From: TPA_inf: Saccharomyces
Lineage: Eukaryota
DNA length: 64,000 nucleotides
Reading direction: 5' to 3'
Assembly: GCA_000146045.2 (NCBI GenBank)
Contig: BK006938.2
Location: 256,001 to 320,000 of the forward strand
Part shown: positions 24,307 to 36,780 of the stretch, piece after piece
Layout: each line of letters opens with the position of its first letter
How positions within the stretch are numbered: position 1 is the first letter of the stretch
Made by a program: the position numbers and the translations under genes
Notes under the pieces: model-generated
Seen by the model: only the letters and a program-made list of their open reading frames with translations
What the model was told of the DNA's origin: nothing
Databases searched by the model: none

Positions 24307-25848
24307 TTAGAGGCAAGATAATTCTGAGTATGTTTTGGGTATTTTATTGTCAGTAATTTGTAAACGCTGCAATTCTAATGAGACCGAGCTTTGTTGCTGT
24401 ATGTCATTGAACCAAGGGTGGTTCAAAGCTTCATCTATATTGTACCTTTCATCAGGATTTAGGACCAAAAGATTGGATATTAAATGTAGTACTGAGTCAT
24501 CGATTTTATCCCAGTACGGAGAGTAAAACGCATACTTAGCTTGTAAGATCTGTTCCTTCAATGAAGGTGGCCCCAATTGATCACTGAATGGAGGAAAACC
24601 ACATAAACAGACATATAATATGACACCAGCACTCCAAAGATCTACTTTTGATGTGTATCCTTTCTTTGTGAGGACTTCGGGCGCTACATAAGAAGGCGTA
24701 CCACAAAGTGTGTTTGTGAATTGCATTTCTCCTGTAAATTTTGCTAGGCCAAAATCCGCTATTTTAACTTGAATATCAATTTCATCTTCATCCCATGGGC
24801 CAAGTTGGACTTGACTTGGATTTTCGCGCCTTGTTATATTTAATAAGATATTTTCTGGCTTGATGTCTCTGTGAATGATGTTTTGCTCATGCAGATACTT
24901 CAATCCGGTAAGTAACTGTTTGAATAGAGCTTTGGATTCATCCTGTCTCAAACATGTTTTTCTGACGATTCTTTCAAATAGTTCGCCATCGTCGATCTTT
25001 TCCAGTACCAAATATTTTTGAATCTGAGATTTGCTGATTGGCTCTACAAAACTATCTAGTAAGTTGACAATGTTTGGATGTTGCACTCTCATTAGGATGT
25101 TAGTTTCCTCCCTAAATTGTTTATTCTTTTTTTGGTCGTCATTTTGCTGAGCGTGGAATATTTTCACAGCTACTTGCTGACCAGTTTTTTTGTTTTTGGC
25201 TTCTTTCACCAGGGCGTAGTGCCCTGCACCTAATTCTTTACCTAATAAATATTTATCAAAGAACGACACAGGCCTTGTCTTATTCAGTTTTCTAATTGCG
25301 GCACTCGTTGTAGCATTTTGGCTACTTGTAGCACTTATTTGCGGTTTCTTGAAAACTTCGTCGTCGTTCTTATATGAACGACTTTCTGAACTTACCTTTT
25401 CATCGTCATTTTCGATGTCAGTAGAAGATGAAGATGCGTACTTGAACAAAAAGGAGCAACTTTTGCCAAAGACAATTCTGTCACCATTCTTAAGGATGTA
25501 GTCTTTCTTCACCAAACGATTACCATTAATAAAAGTTCCGTTTCTGCTCTTATCGATAACATTAATCAAATTTCTTTGGAAATTATCCACATCCATTTGC
25601 AGTAGATGAAACTCAGCATGGAAAGTCGAGATGTCAGGCTCACTCAATATAACGTCGCACGACCTACTTCTACCGATTGTAGTAACGTTTCTATTTGTTA
25701 TTTCCACTTTTTGCTCCTTTCCGGGTATTAAGTTCACCAGATGGCCCAGACAAGTGTATTCTGAGCTGGGCTTATTACTTCGTTGCTGTCTTTTGAATGA
25801 AGAGTCAGTTACATCACCAGAGTGCTCTCTTTTCGTGGACAAACTCAT
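24307..25848 (-). CDS. DUN1: DNA-damage checkpoint Ser/Thr kinase with N-terminal FHA domain (513 aa). The ORF track starts 2 codons upstream.
   Basis: FHA-like N-terminus (TIGRSRSCDVILSEP...NGTFING), kinase motifs HRDIKPEN, DFGLAK. Start at MSLSTKREH from memory. Confidence 0.85.
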   Translation of the reverse strand: MSLSTKREHSGDVTDSSFKRQQRSNKPSSEYTCLGHLVNLIPGKEQKVEITNRNVTTIGRSRSCDVILSEPDISTFHAEFHLLQMDVDNFQRNLINVIDKSRNGTFINGNRLVKKDYILKNGDRIVFGKSCSFLFKYASSSSTDIENDDEKVSSESRSYKNDDEVFKKPQISATSSQNATTSAAIRKLNKTRPVSFFDKYLLGKELGAGHYALVKEAKNKKTGQQVAVKIFHAQQNDDQKKNKQFREETNILMRVQHPNIVNLLDSFVEPISKSQIQKYLVLEKIDDGELFERIVRKTCLRQDESKALFKQLLTGLKYLHEQNIIHRDIKPENILLNITRRENPSQVQLGPWDEDEIDIQVKIADFGLAKFTGEMQFTNTLCGTPSYVAPEVLTKKGYTSKVDLWSAGVILYVCLCGFPPFSDQLGPPSLKEQILQAKYAFYSPYWDKIDDSVLHLISNLLVLNPDERYNIDEALNHPWFNDIQQQSSVSLELQRLQITDNKIPKTYSELSCL

Positions 25849-26005
25849 CTTCACTATAATTGCCTTTTTTACTGTATGTTAAGCCCCTTTACTTGTTACT
25901 CTCGACTATAAAGGGTTCTCATTTCCTCCTTTTTCAACAATATCTAATAATTTTCCAAAATCATTTGAAAAATACCATGGAAATAAAATGGAAAAAAGTA
26001 AACAA

Positions 26006-26016
26006 ACGCGTCGCGT
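26006..26016. promoter_or_regulatory. Overlapping MCB-like elements (ACGCGTCGCGT) upstream of DUN1
   Basis: aaACGCGTCGCGTcacg lies about 160 bp upstream of the DUN1 ATG on the minus strand. Confidence 0.5.
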
Positions 26017-26111
26017 CACGTAATTTTTTTCTTTTCACACACATACCATCGTATTACTATTTTTTCTATGGTTATATGTCGTATGTATCTATTTATGGTA
26101 TTCAGGGGCTT

Positions 26112-27218
<1,107 letters not shown>

Positions 27219-27418
27219 CTAAACGCTGCGTTGGCTTCCCTCAACTTGTTTGAAGTTGCCACCGTTTTATCCATTTTCGCTTTTGAAAAAAAAAAAATGG
27301 TTGAGAATCCCCAGCACTATTAATTAGTACTATTGTTACGAAGATCTTGTGATAAAAAAGGGATGTAATAATTTGCATTGAACCAACCTGAATTGAGCAA
27401 GTTTATCATATAGTTACA

Positions 27419-28444
27419 ATGTCTGAACAGGAGTCTGATGAAGTTAAGCGTATGAAACAATTGGAAGAGGCTAGAAAGAGAGTAGAAGAATTGAAGAAAA
27501 AGAAAAATAAAAAGAATAAAGGTAAGAAGAATAAAAATAGCAGTGCCACAGGCTCTATAGGATCTGAAACTCCTGATTTAGAGGGCACACCAGGCGAAGA
27601 GTCCACACAGGAGGAGACTGTGAAAGCAAATTCCACCAAAAGTGAAAACAACGATCAAAATGACGTGGATGAGGAGAGTGAAGAAAAAGAAATAGAACAG
27701 GTTAAATCAGATCCTTCGGGCACAACAGAAAAAGATATTGAGGAAATAAATAGTACTTCATCAAATGTGGGAAAGGATGATGCAGAAAACACAAAAAAAG
27801 AGGAAGTTCAAGAAGTTATAAAAAATAACAACGATGAGCAAACAGCAGATGCCGGAAAGACCATAGAACCACAAGAGGAAAAGAAAATTGTACAAACTCA
27901 AGAAGGAAACGAACCTTCAAATACATCAGAAGCAGCAGACGATTTATTTGCCAATGACGGCAATGAAGAATCTGACTTTCTCACCACGATTAAAAAGCAA
28001 AAAGAAGAAGATGAGTTGACCAAACTAAGGGCGGAAAATGAGAAACTCACACAGGAAAATAAACAACTGAAATTTTTGAATATGGAAAATGAAACTACTG
28101 TCGATGACCTACAGGATCAATTGCAGGAAAAAGAAGACATCATTAATGGTTTACAAAACGATTTGCAAACCGCAAGGGATGAATTAATTGCCGCAGTAGA
28201 AAAATTAAAATTAGCAGAAGCTAAGGCAGCAAGAAATACCACAGCAACTCCTATTCAATTTGCGGATTTCAACACTTCAAGCAATAATCTAACTCCCTCA
28301 CAATCTGTAACCAATTCTGGTACGCAGGTGGCCCACGGGAATAATATGGAAGTGGATCGCGTTATGCTGAACAAATGGCGCCAGTGGAACGTAGACATGA
28401 CCACTTGGAGAAGTATTGGTTCTGGCCCAATAATGGAATTTTGA
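27419..28444 (+). CDS. BUG1: Acidic coiled-coil cis-Golgi protein with Lys-rich N-terminus (341 aa)
   Basis: 341-aa low-complexity acidic/coiled-coil ORF. Position fits. The name comes from map position and size. Confidence 0.65.
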   Translation: MSEQESDEVKRMKQLEEARKRVEELKKKKNKKNKGKKNKNSSATGSIGSETPDLEGTPGEESTQEETVKANSTKSENNDQNDVDEESEEKEIEQVKSDPSGTTEKDIEEINSTSSNVGKDDAENTKKEEVQEVIKNNNDEQTADAGKTIEPQEEKKIVQTQEGNEPSNTSEAADDLFANDGNEESDFLTTIKKQKEEDELTKLRAENEKLTQENKQLKFLNMENETTVDDLQDQLQEKEDIINGLQNDLQTARDELIAAVEKLKLAEAKAARNTTATPIQFADFNTSSNNLTPSQSVTNSGTQVAHGNNMEVDRVMLNKWRQWNVDMTTWRSIGSGPIMEF

Positions 28445-28580
28445 GAATGAATATTTTCGCGTATATATTTTAATTAAGGGTTTATATACATAAAAGATAT
28501 ATCTAATGATCTGATCTGAGTCCCGACTTTTTATATGTGCTCTATGCTTGTATTATGCTCATTTATCTTTACTTGGTTTC

Positions 28581-29165
28581 TCATTTTTTAGAGGTGGCAA
28601 AATTGGAAAATCCCATCATTTGACTGACTTTTGATTCACTCTCAATAGAAGGCTTAGTAGCCACTTTCTTTGCTTTCTCCACATCTGTGTCCAAAAGCCT
28701 TTTCCTCTTGGACTGAGTCTCCATAGAACGCACCTCTACAAAATCCTTTATCAAGTTATGATAGCACAACTCAAACTCCTCTTGCGGTACGTCATCATTA
28801 TCTCTTATATCTATAATTAACGGTTCATCAAACAAATTTTCAAATTTTATTGCATGGACCTTGTGGTTGAGATGATCAATGTATTGTAAAGTGTCTTTGA
28901 AGGTTAGGTTACAAATATCGCAGTAAAATCCGAACTTCTTTCCCCTCTTGAAAGACGATAAGCTCTCTGTATTTGCTGTTAGTTTCCTTTTATTTAGGTC
29001 TTTTAGCGAGCCCTTGATTAAATGATCGTAATTTGTATATTTGGATTTTAAAGCTTGTAATTCAATCGGTGTTAGCGTAGCCTTTAAGGATCGATCGTCA
29101 TAGCCGCTTCTAGCCTGCTCAGCATACTCCTCTCTATCCCAAGTTCTTCTGCCAAAATTCGACAT
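28581..29165 (-). CDS. SNU23: U4/U6.U5 tri-snRNP C2H2 zinc-finger protein (194 aa)
   Basis: U1-like/matrin-type C2H2 finger (CDICNLTFKDTLQYIDHLNHKVH). 194 aa. Confidence 0.8.
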   Translation of the reverse strand: MSNFGRRTWDREEYAEQARSGYDDRSLKATLTPIELQALKSKYTNYDHLIKGSLKDLNKRKLTANTESLSSFKRGKKFGFYCDICNLTFKDTLQYIDHLNHKVHAIKFENLFDEPLIIDIRDNDDVPQEEFELCYHNLIKDFVEVRSMETQSKRKRLLDTDVEKAKKVATKPSIESESKVSQMMGFSNFATSKK

Positions 29166-29390
29166 TAGCTTTCTCGAATTTTTGTCAGCTAAGGCTTGTA
29201 GGAACTTCTGGTTTTGATGAACTTTCGCATCAACTGTTTTCTATTTAGCGGCGCATTCGATTAAACTTCTTCCTTTCTTAGGAGAAAAAAAAGAAAAATC
29301 ATACTTATGTATTTTCTGCATTTTATAAGTTTATTTAGGAATTCTTACTCTGGTACTTGTGAGTATACATACATATATATACATGTAAAC

Positions 29391-30695
29391 CTAATACAAG
29401 ACACTTGCCTTTTCAAATAGTTGATCGACGACTTTATTTAGTTGCCCGACTAATTCCAATGCAGAGTCGTACGTGGCATCCTGATTCGGAGTTTCGTAAA
29501 CGTAAAGCCAACCATTACCTTGATCCAGAACACCGTAGAATATCTTATCTAGTATCATTTGGGAGAGCTTTCCTTCAACTTGTTGAGTATCCAGACCGAT
29601 TATTTTGGAAATGTGGGATATTTCCACACATTCAAATGGCTCAATAATCTTACACAAATTGGACTCTAATAACGTGTCGTATAATGCATTGAAATGGGAT
29701 CTTGTTAGTTCATCGCCCATTAGTTCCTTCTCGTATTGCTTTAGCGCCGTGTTGAAGTCTAAAAGCGATCTGTTGTTATAAGCCTCAGCGACAGCTTTCA
29801 TGGCATCAATGCCTCGGGACTGGTACGTTTCCTTTGTGTATTTTGCGTTTAGGATGTTTTTTACGTCATCAATAAGGTTCAGCATGATCTTAGACAATAG
29901 CATGTATTTCAACACTTGACATGCCTTTTCGTAGGAATTATGCGTAGTCAAATTGTGGTAGCTTTCAAAACTTTCGAAGAAATACGAAAATGCAGTTTTG
30001 TAGTCTTTATCTTCACAGTGCAGGATACCACTCATCAAGTCCAGCTCCGCAACTGTTTGTGTAGGACAGTATATGGAGTTAGCGGCCGTCCTTGCTGCAG
30101 TCAACGAGGCCTTGGACTTGGCTAGATTCCTCAGTTTATGGTAAACTTTACTTTCCAATAGATGTACATCAACCAAAGAGGGCTTGTCGTCCAGCTTTTT
30201 GAACTCCCTCAAAAGATCGTTAATCAATGCTAATGAGTCCTTGTACTGTTTCTTTTGATAATGTAAGGTGGCCAATTTGATCGAGAGTGAATGCTTCAAA
30301 AACACCCTTTTTTCTCTCTTGGCAAATTCGATGCTTTTCTCGCACACAAAGATCTGATCGTCCAAGGAGTCCGGCACTTGCTCGAATTTTTCAATCAACG
30401 TTTTCAATACCTTTACCGTTTTGGATTTGGCAAATTGCATCATATACTCCGTAGAATGAGGAATAAACTCGCGCAATTTGTCCTTTGCACCCATAGTCAC
30501 GTATAACTGTCCTAATTCCAATATGCTTGTCTCCTGTTCATTTCTACGCTTGTCATCCACACTGGCACCGGCAGCGGCGCTGCTCTGTGAGCTGTCTTTA
30601 TCCAGCAGGCTCAAATAGACTTGTTCTGCCTCATTATACTGTTTTTCATTAACCAGTCTCCTGGCCTCTTCTAATTTCGAACCTGGCAGAGACAT
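29391..30695 (-). CDS. RPN6: 26S proteasome lid subunit with PCI domain (434 aa)
   Basis: TPR-like/PCI domain architecture. 434 aa. Confidence 0.8.
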   Translation of the reverse strand: MSLPGSKLEEARRLVNEKQYNEAEQVYLSLLDKDSSQSSAAAGASVDDKRRNEQETSILELGQLYVTMGAKDKLREFIPHSTEYMMQFAKSKTVKVLKTLIEKFEQVPDSLDDQIFVCEKSIEFAKREKRVFLKHSLSIKLATLHYQKKQYKDSLALINDLLREFKKLDDKPSLVDVHLLESKVYHKLRNLAKSKASLTAARTAANSIYCPTQTVAELDLMSGILHCEDKDYKTAFSYFFESFESYHNLTTHNSYEKACQVLKYMLLSKIMLNLIDDVKNILNAKYTKETYQSRGIDAMKAVAEAYNNRSLLDFNTALKQYEKELMGDELTRSHFNALYDTLLESNLCKIIEPFECVEISHISKIIGLDTQQVEGKLSQMILDKIFYGVLDQGNGWLYVYETPNQDATYDSALELVGQLNKVVDQLFEKASVLY

Positions 30696-31058
30696 GAAGT
30701 TCCTCGTTTATAGATTAATCACCAATTGTCCTCTTTCAGCGCTTCTGTTAGTTGGCCTTATTTAACGGATCTTTGCTTCAATTACGCTTTCTACCAACAT
30801 TTGCCACCCTTGGAACCAGAAGAGAATATACATCATTCGGGGTTGCCCTGCCCATTTATATCGTATATTGTGATGATATACCTTTTTTTTTTTTTTCGCT
30901 GCGTTTTTTTTCTCGACACGTGTCGAAGAAGAGTTTGGCGTTTCTAAGCAGATCTTGATTATTTTCGAGCAGCAAAACAAGACAAACAGGTGCATTGTTA
31001 AAGCGAGGTAGTATCAGAAGAGCCTATCAAGAAACAGCTAACAGCTACAAGCACGGTC

Positions 31059-33512
31059 ATGTCGGAAGAGAAAACGTACAAACGTGTAGAGCAGGATGAT
31101 CCCGTGCCCGAACTGGATATCAAGCAGGGCCCCGTAAGACCCTTTATTGTTACCGATCCGAGTGCCGAATTGGCCTCGTTACGAACCATGGTCACTCTTA
31201 AAGAGAAGCTGTTAGTGGCCTGTCTTGCTGTCTTTACAGCGGTCATTAGATTGCATGGCTTGGCATGGCCTGACAGCGTGGTGTTTGATGAAGTACATTT
31301 CGGTGGGTTTGCCTCGCAATACATTAGGGGGACTTACTTCATGGATGTGCATCCTCCTCTTGCAAAGATGTTGTATGCTGGTGTGGCATCGCTTGGTGGG
31401 TTCCAGGGTGATTTTGACTTCGAAAATATTGGTGACAGCTTTCCATCTACGACGCCATACGTGTTGATGAGATTTTTCTCTGCTTCTTTGGGGGCTCTTA
31501 CTGTTATTTTGATGTACATGACTTTACGTTATTCTGGTGTTCGTATGTGGGTTGCTTTGATGAGCGCTATCTGCTTTGCCGTTGAAAACTCGTACGTCAC
31601 TATTTCTCGTTACATTCTGTTGGACGCCCCATTGATGTTTTTCATTGCAGCTGCAGTCTACTCTTTCAAGAAATACGAAATGTACCCTGCCAACTCGCTC
31701 AATGCTTACAAGTCCTTGCTTGCTACTGGTATTGCTCTTGGTATGGCATCTTCATCCAAATGGGTTGGTCTTTTCACGGTTACATGGGTGGGTCTTTTAT
31801 GTATCTGGAGACTATGGTTCATGATTGGGGATTTGACTAAGTCTTCCAAGTCCATCTTCAAAGTAGCATTTGCCAAATTGGCCTTCTTGTTGGGTGTGCC
31901 TTTTGCCCTTTATCTGGTCTTCTTTTATATCCACTTCCAATCATTAACTTTGGACGGGGATGGCGCAAGCTTCTTTTCGCCTGAATTTAGATCTACACTA
32001 AAGAACAATAAGATCCCCCAAAATGTCGTTGCTGATGTCGGCATTGGCTCCATTATCAGCTTGCGTCATCTCTCTACCATGGGCGGTTATTTGCATTCTC
32101 ATTCACACAATTATCCAGCTGGTTCGGAACAACAACAAAGCACTTTATATCCTCACATGGATGCCAATAACGATTGGTTGTTGGAACTTTACAACGCACC
32201 CGGCGAATCTTTAACAACATTCCAAAACCTAACCGATGGTACCAAGGTCAGACTATTCCACACTGTTACAAGATGTAGATTACACTCTCATGACCATAAG
32301 CCACCCGTTTCAGAAAGCAGCGACTGGCAGAAGGAGGTTTCTTGTTATGGTTACAGCGGATTCGACGGTGATGCTAATGATGACTGGGTTGTTGAGATTG
32401 ATAAAAAGAATTCTGCTCCTGGAGTTGCCCAAGAACGGGTCATAGCTTTGGACACAAAGTTTAGATTGAGACATGCTATGACAGGCTGTTATTTGTTTTC
32501 CCACGAAGTCAAGTTGCCAGCTTGGGGGTTCGAACAACAAGAAGTTACCTGTGCCTCCTCCGGTAGACATGATTTAACATTGTGGTACGTTGAGAACAAC
32601 AGTAACCCATTGTTACCAGAAGATACCAAGCGTATTTCCTATAAACCTGCAAGCTTCATTTCTAAATTTATTGAATCCCATAAAAAGATGTGGCATATCA
32701 ATAAAAATTTGGTCGAACCTCATGTTTATGAATCACAACCAACTTCATGGCCATTCTTGCTACGTGGTATAAGTTACTGGGGTGAAAATAACAGAAACGT
32801 CTATCTATTAGGTAATGCGATCGTATGGTGGGCTGTCACCGCTTTCATCGGTATTTTCGGATTGATTGTTATCACTGAGCTGTTCTCGTGGCAGTTAGGT
32901 AAACCAATTTTGAAGGACTCCAAGGTTGTTAACTTCCACGTTCAGGTTATTCACTACTTATTGGGTTTTGCCGTCCATTATGCTCCATCTTTCTTAATGC
33001 AACGTCAAATGTTTTTGCATCACTACTTACCTGCTTATTATTTCGGTATTCTTGCCCTTGGCCACGCCTTGGACATAATAGTTTCTTATGTTTTCCGCAG
33101 CAAGAGACAAATGGGCTACGCGGTAGTGATCACTTTCCTTGCTGCTTCTGTGTATTTCTTCAAGAGCTTCAGTCCAATTATTTACGGTACACCATGGACT
33201 CAAGAATTGTGTCAAAAATCGCAGTGGTTGTCTGGTTGGGACTACAATTGTAACACATACTTTTCTTCATTAGAAGAGTACAAAAACCAAACCTTGACTA
33301 AACGTGAATCTCAACCTGCCGCCACTAGTACAGTTGAAGAAATCACTATAGAAGGGGACGGTCCGTCGTATGAAGATCTCATGAACGAGGATGGCAAGAA
33401 AATCTTTAAAGACACAGAAGGTAATGAACTAGATCCAGAAGTTGTCAAAAAAATGTTGGAAGAGGAGGGAGCTAACATTTTAAAAGTAGAAAAAAGGGCT
33501 GTTTTGGAATAA
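31059..33512 (+). CDS. PMT1: Dolichyl-phosphate-mannose protein O-mannosyltransferase, multi-pass ER membrane protein with MIR domains (817 aa)
   Basis: PMT family N-terminal TM region and central MIR motifs. 817 aa. Strongly similar to the next gene downstream. Confidence 0.9.
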   Translation: MSEEKTYKRVEQDDPVPELDIKQGPVRPFIVTDPSAELASLRTMVTLKEKLLVACLAVFTAVIRLHGLAWPDSVVFDEVHFGGFASQYIRGTYFMDVHPPLAKMLYAGVASLGGFQGDFDFENIGDSFPSTTPYVLMRFFSASLGALTVILMYMTLRYSGVRMWVALMSAICFAVENSYVTISRYILLDAPLMFFIAAAVYSFKKYEMYPANSLNAYKSLLATGIALGMASSSKWVGLFTVTWVGLLCIWRLWFMIGDLTKSSKSIFKVAFAKLAFLLGVPFALYLVFFYIHFQSLTLDGDGASFFSPEFRSTLKNNKIPQNVVADVGIGSIISLRHLSTMGGYLHSHSHNYPAGSEQQQSTLYPHMDANNDWLLELYNAPGESLTTFQNLTDGTKVRLFHTVTRCRLHSHDHKPPVSESSDWQKEVSCYGYSGFDGDANDDWVVEIDKKNSAPGVAQERVIALDTKFRLRHAMTGCYLFSHEVKLPAWGFEQQEVTCASSGRHDLTLWYVENNSNPLLPEDTKRISYKPASFISKFIESHKKMWHINKNLVEPHVYESQPTSWPFLLRGISYWGENNRNVYLLGNAIVWWAVTAFIGIFGLIVITELFSWQLGKPILKDSKVVNFHVQVIHYLLGFAVHYAPSFLMQRQMFLHHYLPAYYFGILALGHALDIIVSYVFRSKRQMGYAVVITFLAASVYFFKSFSPIIYGTPWTQELCQKSQWLSGWDYNCNTYFSSLEEYKNQTLTKRESQPAATSTVEEITIEGDGPSYEDLMNEDGKKIFKDTEGNELDPEVVKKMLEEEGANILKVEKRAVLE

Positions 33513-33908
33513 ATTTCCCAGTACTCTCCACATTTTTATGTAAAGTCTTCTATAAGCTCTCGAGCGTATAATTAAAAACGAAAATAGACAAAAAAAACAT
33601 CATGAATAAAAAAAATGTCTTGAAGCTGACTATATTGTCCATCTGCGTTTAGAGACACGTATTCTATTTCGCTCAAATAAGTATGATCTGCAAGTAGTTT
33701 CAGTGGTATTATCATTTCGCACCGTTTTTTTTCCAAGAACTCGTTTACGTGCCGCGAAAAGTCTATCGAATAGGCATTCGAGAACAATAGAAAAGGAACA
33801 GAAGCGTAGTACATATTATGCATAGACCCGTTTCTTTTCTTCTTTTTCGAAAATATTCTTATTGATTTAACAATTAAGCAGGTGTGTAAGATCATAACTG
33901 CTTTAAAG

Positions 33909-36140
33909 ATGAATAAAGAGCATTTGCTGAAGGTGGATCCCATCCCCGATGTGACTATTAAACGCGGCCCTTTGAGGTCTTTTCTCATAACAAAACCCTG
34001 TGATAATTTGAGTTCATTACGAACAGTTACTTCATCTAAGGAAAAGCTTCTAGTTGGCTGTTTGCTGATATTTACTGCCATCGTAAGGCTACACAATATC
34101 TCCCTGCCAAATAGTGTTGTTTTTGGTGAAAATGAAGTTGGTACATTTGTTTCTCAATACGTGAACAACATATTCTTCACCGATGTTCATCCTCCTTTAG
34201 TGGCAATGCTATATGCAACCGTGTCCTCTGTTTTTGGTTATAAAGGGCTTTTCAATTATGGGAACATTGGTACTGAATACACGGCAAACGTTCCATACGT
34301 CGCGATGAGGTTCTTTTCTGCTACTTTGGGCATCGTGTCCGTTTTGGTATTATACTTAACGTTACGAGTTTCTGGCGTGAAAATTGCGGTAGCTGCCATT
34401 TGTGCAGTATGTTTTGCAATTGAAAACTCCTTTGTAACGTTGTCTCGTTTCACCTTGATAGAGGGACCCTTTGTTTTTTTCATGGCATGTGCAGTTTATT
34501 TCTTTAGAAGATCGGAACTTTATTTGCCAAATTCATGTAAAGCAAACAAGTCATTACTTGCTGCGAGCATTGCATTGGGATTTGCAGTTTCTTCAAAATG
34601 GGCTGGCCTCTTCACCATCGCATGGGCTGGTATTATTGTCCTTTGGAGAGTATGGTTCATGATTGGTGATTTGTCAAGACCCATTGGTTCTTCTATCAAA
34701 TATATGGCGTTCCAGTTTACCTGTCTATTAGCTATTCCTGCCTTCATCTATTTTCTCATTTTCAGCGTGCATATTAAGACATTAAACGTGAATGGTATTA
34801 GTAGTAGCTTTTTTCCCGCTGAGTTTAGAAAAACTTTAAAATACAACAACGTTATTAAAGAGACTGTGGCAGAAGTTGCAGTGGGTTCCGCTGTTTCACT
34901 GAATCATGTTGGAACGGCAGGTGGTTACTTGCATTCTCATCTTCACAATTATCCGGCTGGTTCCATGCAACAACAAGTTACTTTGTATCCTCACATCGAC
35001 CAAAATAACAAATGGATTATTGAGCTGGCTGAACATCCAAATGAAAATGTCACAAGTTTCCAAAATTTAACCGACGGTACCATAATTAAATTAAGACAGC
35101 TTAAGAACGGCTGCAGGTTACACTCACATGACCACAAACCTCCAGTTTCTCAAAATGCGGATTGGCAAAAAGAGGTGTCATGTTATGGATACGAGGGCTT
35201 CGAAGGTGATATAAATGATGATTGGATAATTGAAATCGATAAAAAGAGATCAGAGCCGGGACCTGCCCAGGAACATATTAGGGCTATTGAAACCAAATTT
35301 AGGCTGAAGCATTATCTAACTGGTTGTTACTTATTTTCACATCCTGAAAAGCTACCTGAGTGGGGATTCGGGCAGCAGGAAGTTACGTGTGCATACTTTG
35401 CAAGGGAAGACTTAACTTCATGGTATATTGAAGAAAACGAAAACGAAATTTCTTTGCCAAATCCAGAGAAGGTTTCTTATAAGAAAATGAGCTTTTGGCA
35501 GAAGTTTGTTGCTATCCACAAGTTCATGTTCTACCTTAACAATTATATGGATACTAGTCATGCCTACTCATCTGAACCAAAGACTTGGCCTCTTATGTTG
35601 CGTGGTATTGATTTTTGGAATGAAAATGGCAGAGAGGTGTACTTTTTAGGTAACGCTGTTTTGTGGTGGTCTGTCACAGCATTTATTTGCACGTTCATCA
35701 TTGGAGTGGCTGTTGAGCTTCTTGCTTGGAAATTAGGTGTGAATATTCTACGGGATAAGCACATCATAAATTTCCACTATCAGGTCTTTCAGTACTTATT
35801 AGGCTTTGCCGCCCACTATTTCCCTTACTTCTTTGTGGGGCAAAAGTTATTTTTGTACGATTATTTGCCGGCCTATTATTTTGGTATCCTAGCATTTGGT
35901 CATGCTTTAGACCTGATTTCAACCTATATTTCTAACAAAAGAAACAATACTGGATATATAGTGGTGGCTATTTTCATGGTTGTATGTTTCTATTTCTTCA
36001 GCGAGCATTCTCCACTTATTTATGCTACTGGATGGTCGAGTAACCTGTGTAAGAGGTCCAAGTGGTTAGGAAGCTGGGACTTTTATTGCAATTCACTATT
36101 ACTATCCGATAGCCACTATGAATTAAACGCTGAATCATGA
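33909..36140 (+). CDS. PMT5: Protein O-mannosyltransferase paralog, PMT1 subfamily (743 aa). The ORF track starts 9 codons upstream.
   Basis: Collinear similarity to PMT1 throughout (e.g. LRHLSTMGGYLHSHSHNYPAGS versus LNHVGTAGGYLHSHLHNYPAGS). Start at MNKEHLLKV from memory. Confidence 0.85.
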   Translation: MNKEHLLKVDPIPDVTIKRGPLRSFLITKPCDNLSSLRTVTSSKEKLLVGCLLIFTAIVRLHNISLPNSVVFGENEVGTFVSQYVNNIFFTDVHPPLVAMLYATVSSVFGYKGLFNYGNIGTEYTANVPYVAMRFFSATLGIVSVLVLYLTLRVSGVKIAVAAICAVCFAIENSFVTLSRFTLIEGPFVFFMACAVYFFRRSELYLPNSCKANKSLLAASIALGFAVSSKWAGLFTIAWAGIIVLWRVWFMIGDLSRPIGSSIKYMAFQFTCLLAIPAFIYFLIFSVHIKTLNVNGISSSFFPAEFRKTLKYNNVIKETVAEVAVGSAVSLNHVGTAGGYLHSHLHNYPAGSMQQQVTLYPHIDQNNKWIIELAEHPNENVTSFQNLTDGTIIKLRQLKNGCRLHSHDHKPPVSQNADWQKEVSCYGYEGFEGDINDDWIIEIDKKRSEPGPAQEHIRAIETKFRLKHYLTGCYLFSHPEKLPEWGFGQQEVTCAYFAREDLTSWYIEENENEISLPNPEKVSYKKMSFWQKFVAIHKFMFYLNNYMDTSHAYSSEPKTWPLMLRGIDFWNENGREVYFLGNAVLWWSVTAFICTFIIGVAVELLAWKLGVNILRDKHIINFHYQVFQYLLGFAAHYFPYFFVGQKLFLYDYLPAYYFGILAFGHALDLISTYISNKRNNTGYIVVAIFMVVCFYFFSEHSPLIYATGWSSNLCKRSKWLGSWDFYCNSLLLSDSHYELNAES

Positions 36141-36780
36141 TCCATCCACCCGTATTCAGATTGGACATTCGTTTAGCAAAAGATTTAAAAACTACATTTG
36201 AGCTAAACTGCGGGAAAGATCTACGTACATATGGAAAAGAACCAGATGTATATGAAAAAAGAGTTCATAACCGGTCACAATGCAACACTTTCCTATCTTG
36301 TTCTTTCGTTGAATTTCACTAAACAACTAACGAATACCAAAAAAATGATCCGTATTAAGTAATGTATATACATATATATTGTCAAATACAACAAGATATT
36401 TAATAAACAAAGAATAGATGAATTAGGATTGAACCGGTAAAAGGAAAGCTGTGAACATGGTATTTCTCTTATCGGGCTTTTCAAGATCACCACTGAGTGG
36501 CATTTTAAGCACATGAGGAGATGAACGTAGGCAGATCAAAACATTCAGCCGATGATAAAGACTACAACAGCTATTTGATTGTCTTTGCATAATCGCCCTA
36601 AATTGGAGGCTTCTACAAAACAACTAATTACATATTCTTACTTCCTCGCCCGTGCAAAAGGATAATATATCTCTCATTTGAAAAAATAGCCATACTTAAC
36701 GTTAATGTTTAACTTACGGGTTGGCATACCTCTTCTTTAATACAAATCAAAAAACGTAGCTTTCTTACCACCCTAAAACA

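Noticed and set aside
30998-31324. 108-aa ORF antisense to the PMT1 5' end and promoter. It probably corresponds to a catalogued dubious ORF in this position.
   Set aside because: It overlaps the start of a strongly supported conserved gene on the opposite strand. It is low-complexity and has no recognisable domain. Typical spurious antisense ORF.
33572-34096. 174-aa minus-strand ORF spanning the PMT1-PMT5 spacer and the PMT5 5' end
   Set aside because: It overlaps the PMT5 start on the opposite strand. Hydrophobic junk translation of AT-rich DNA. No domain.
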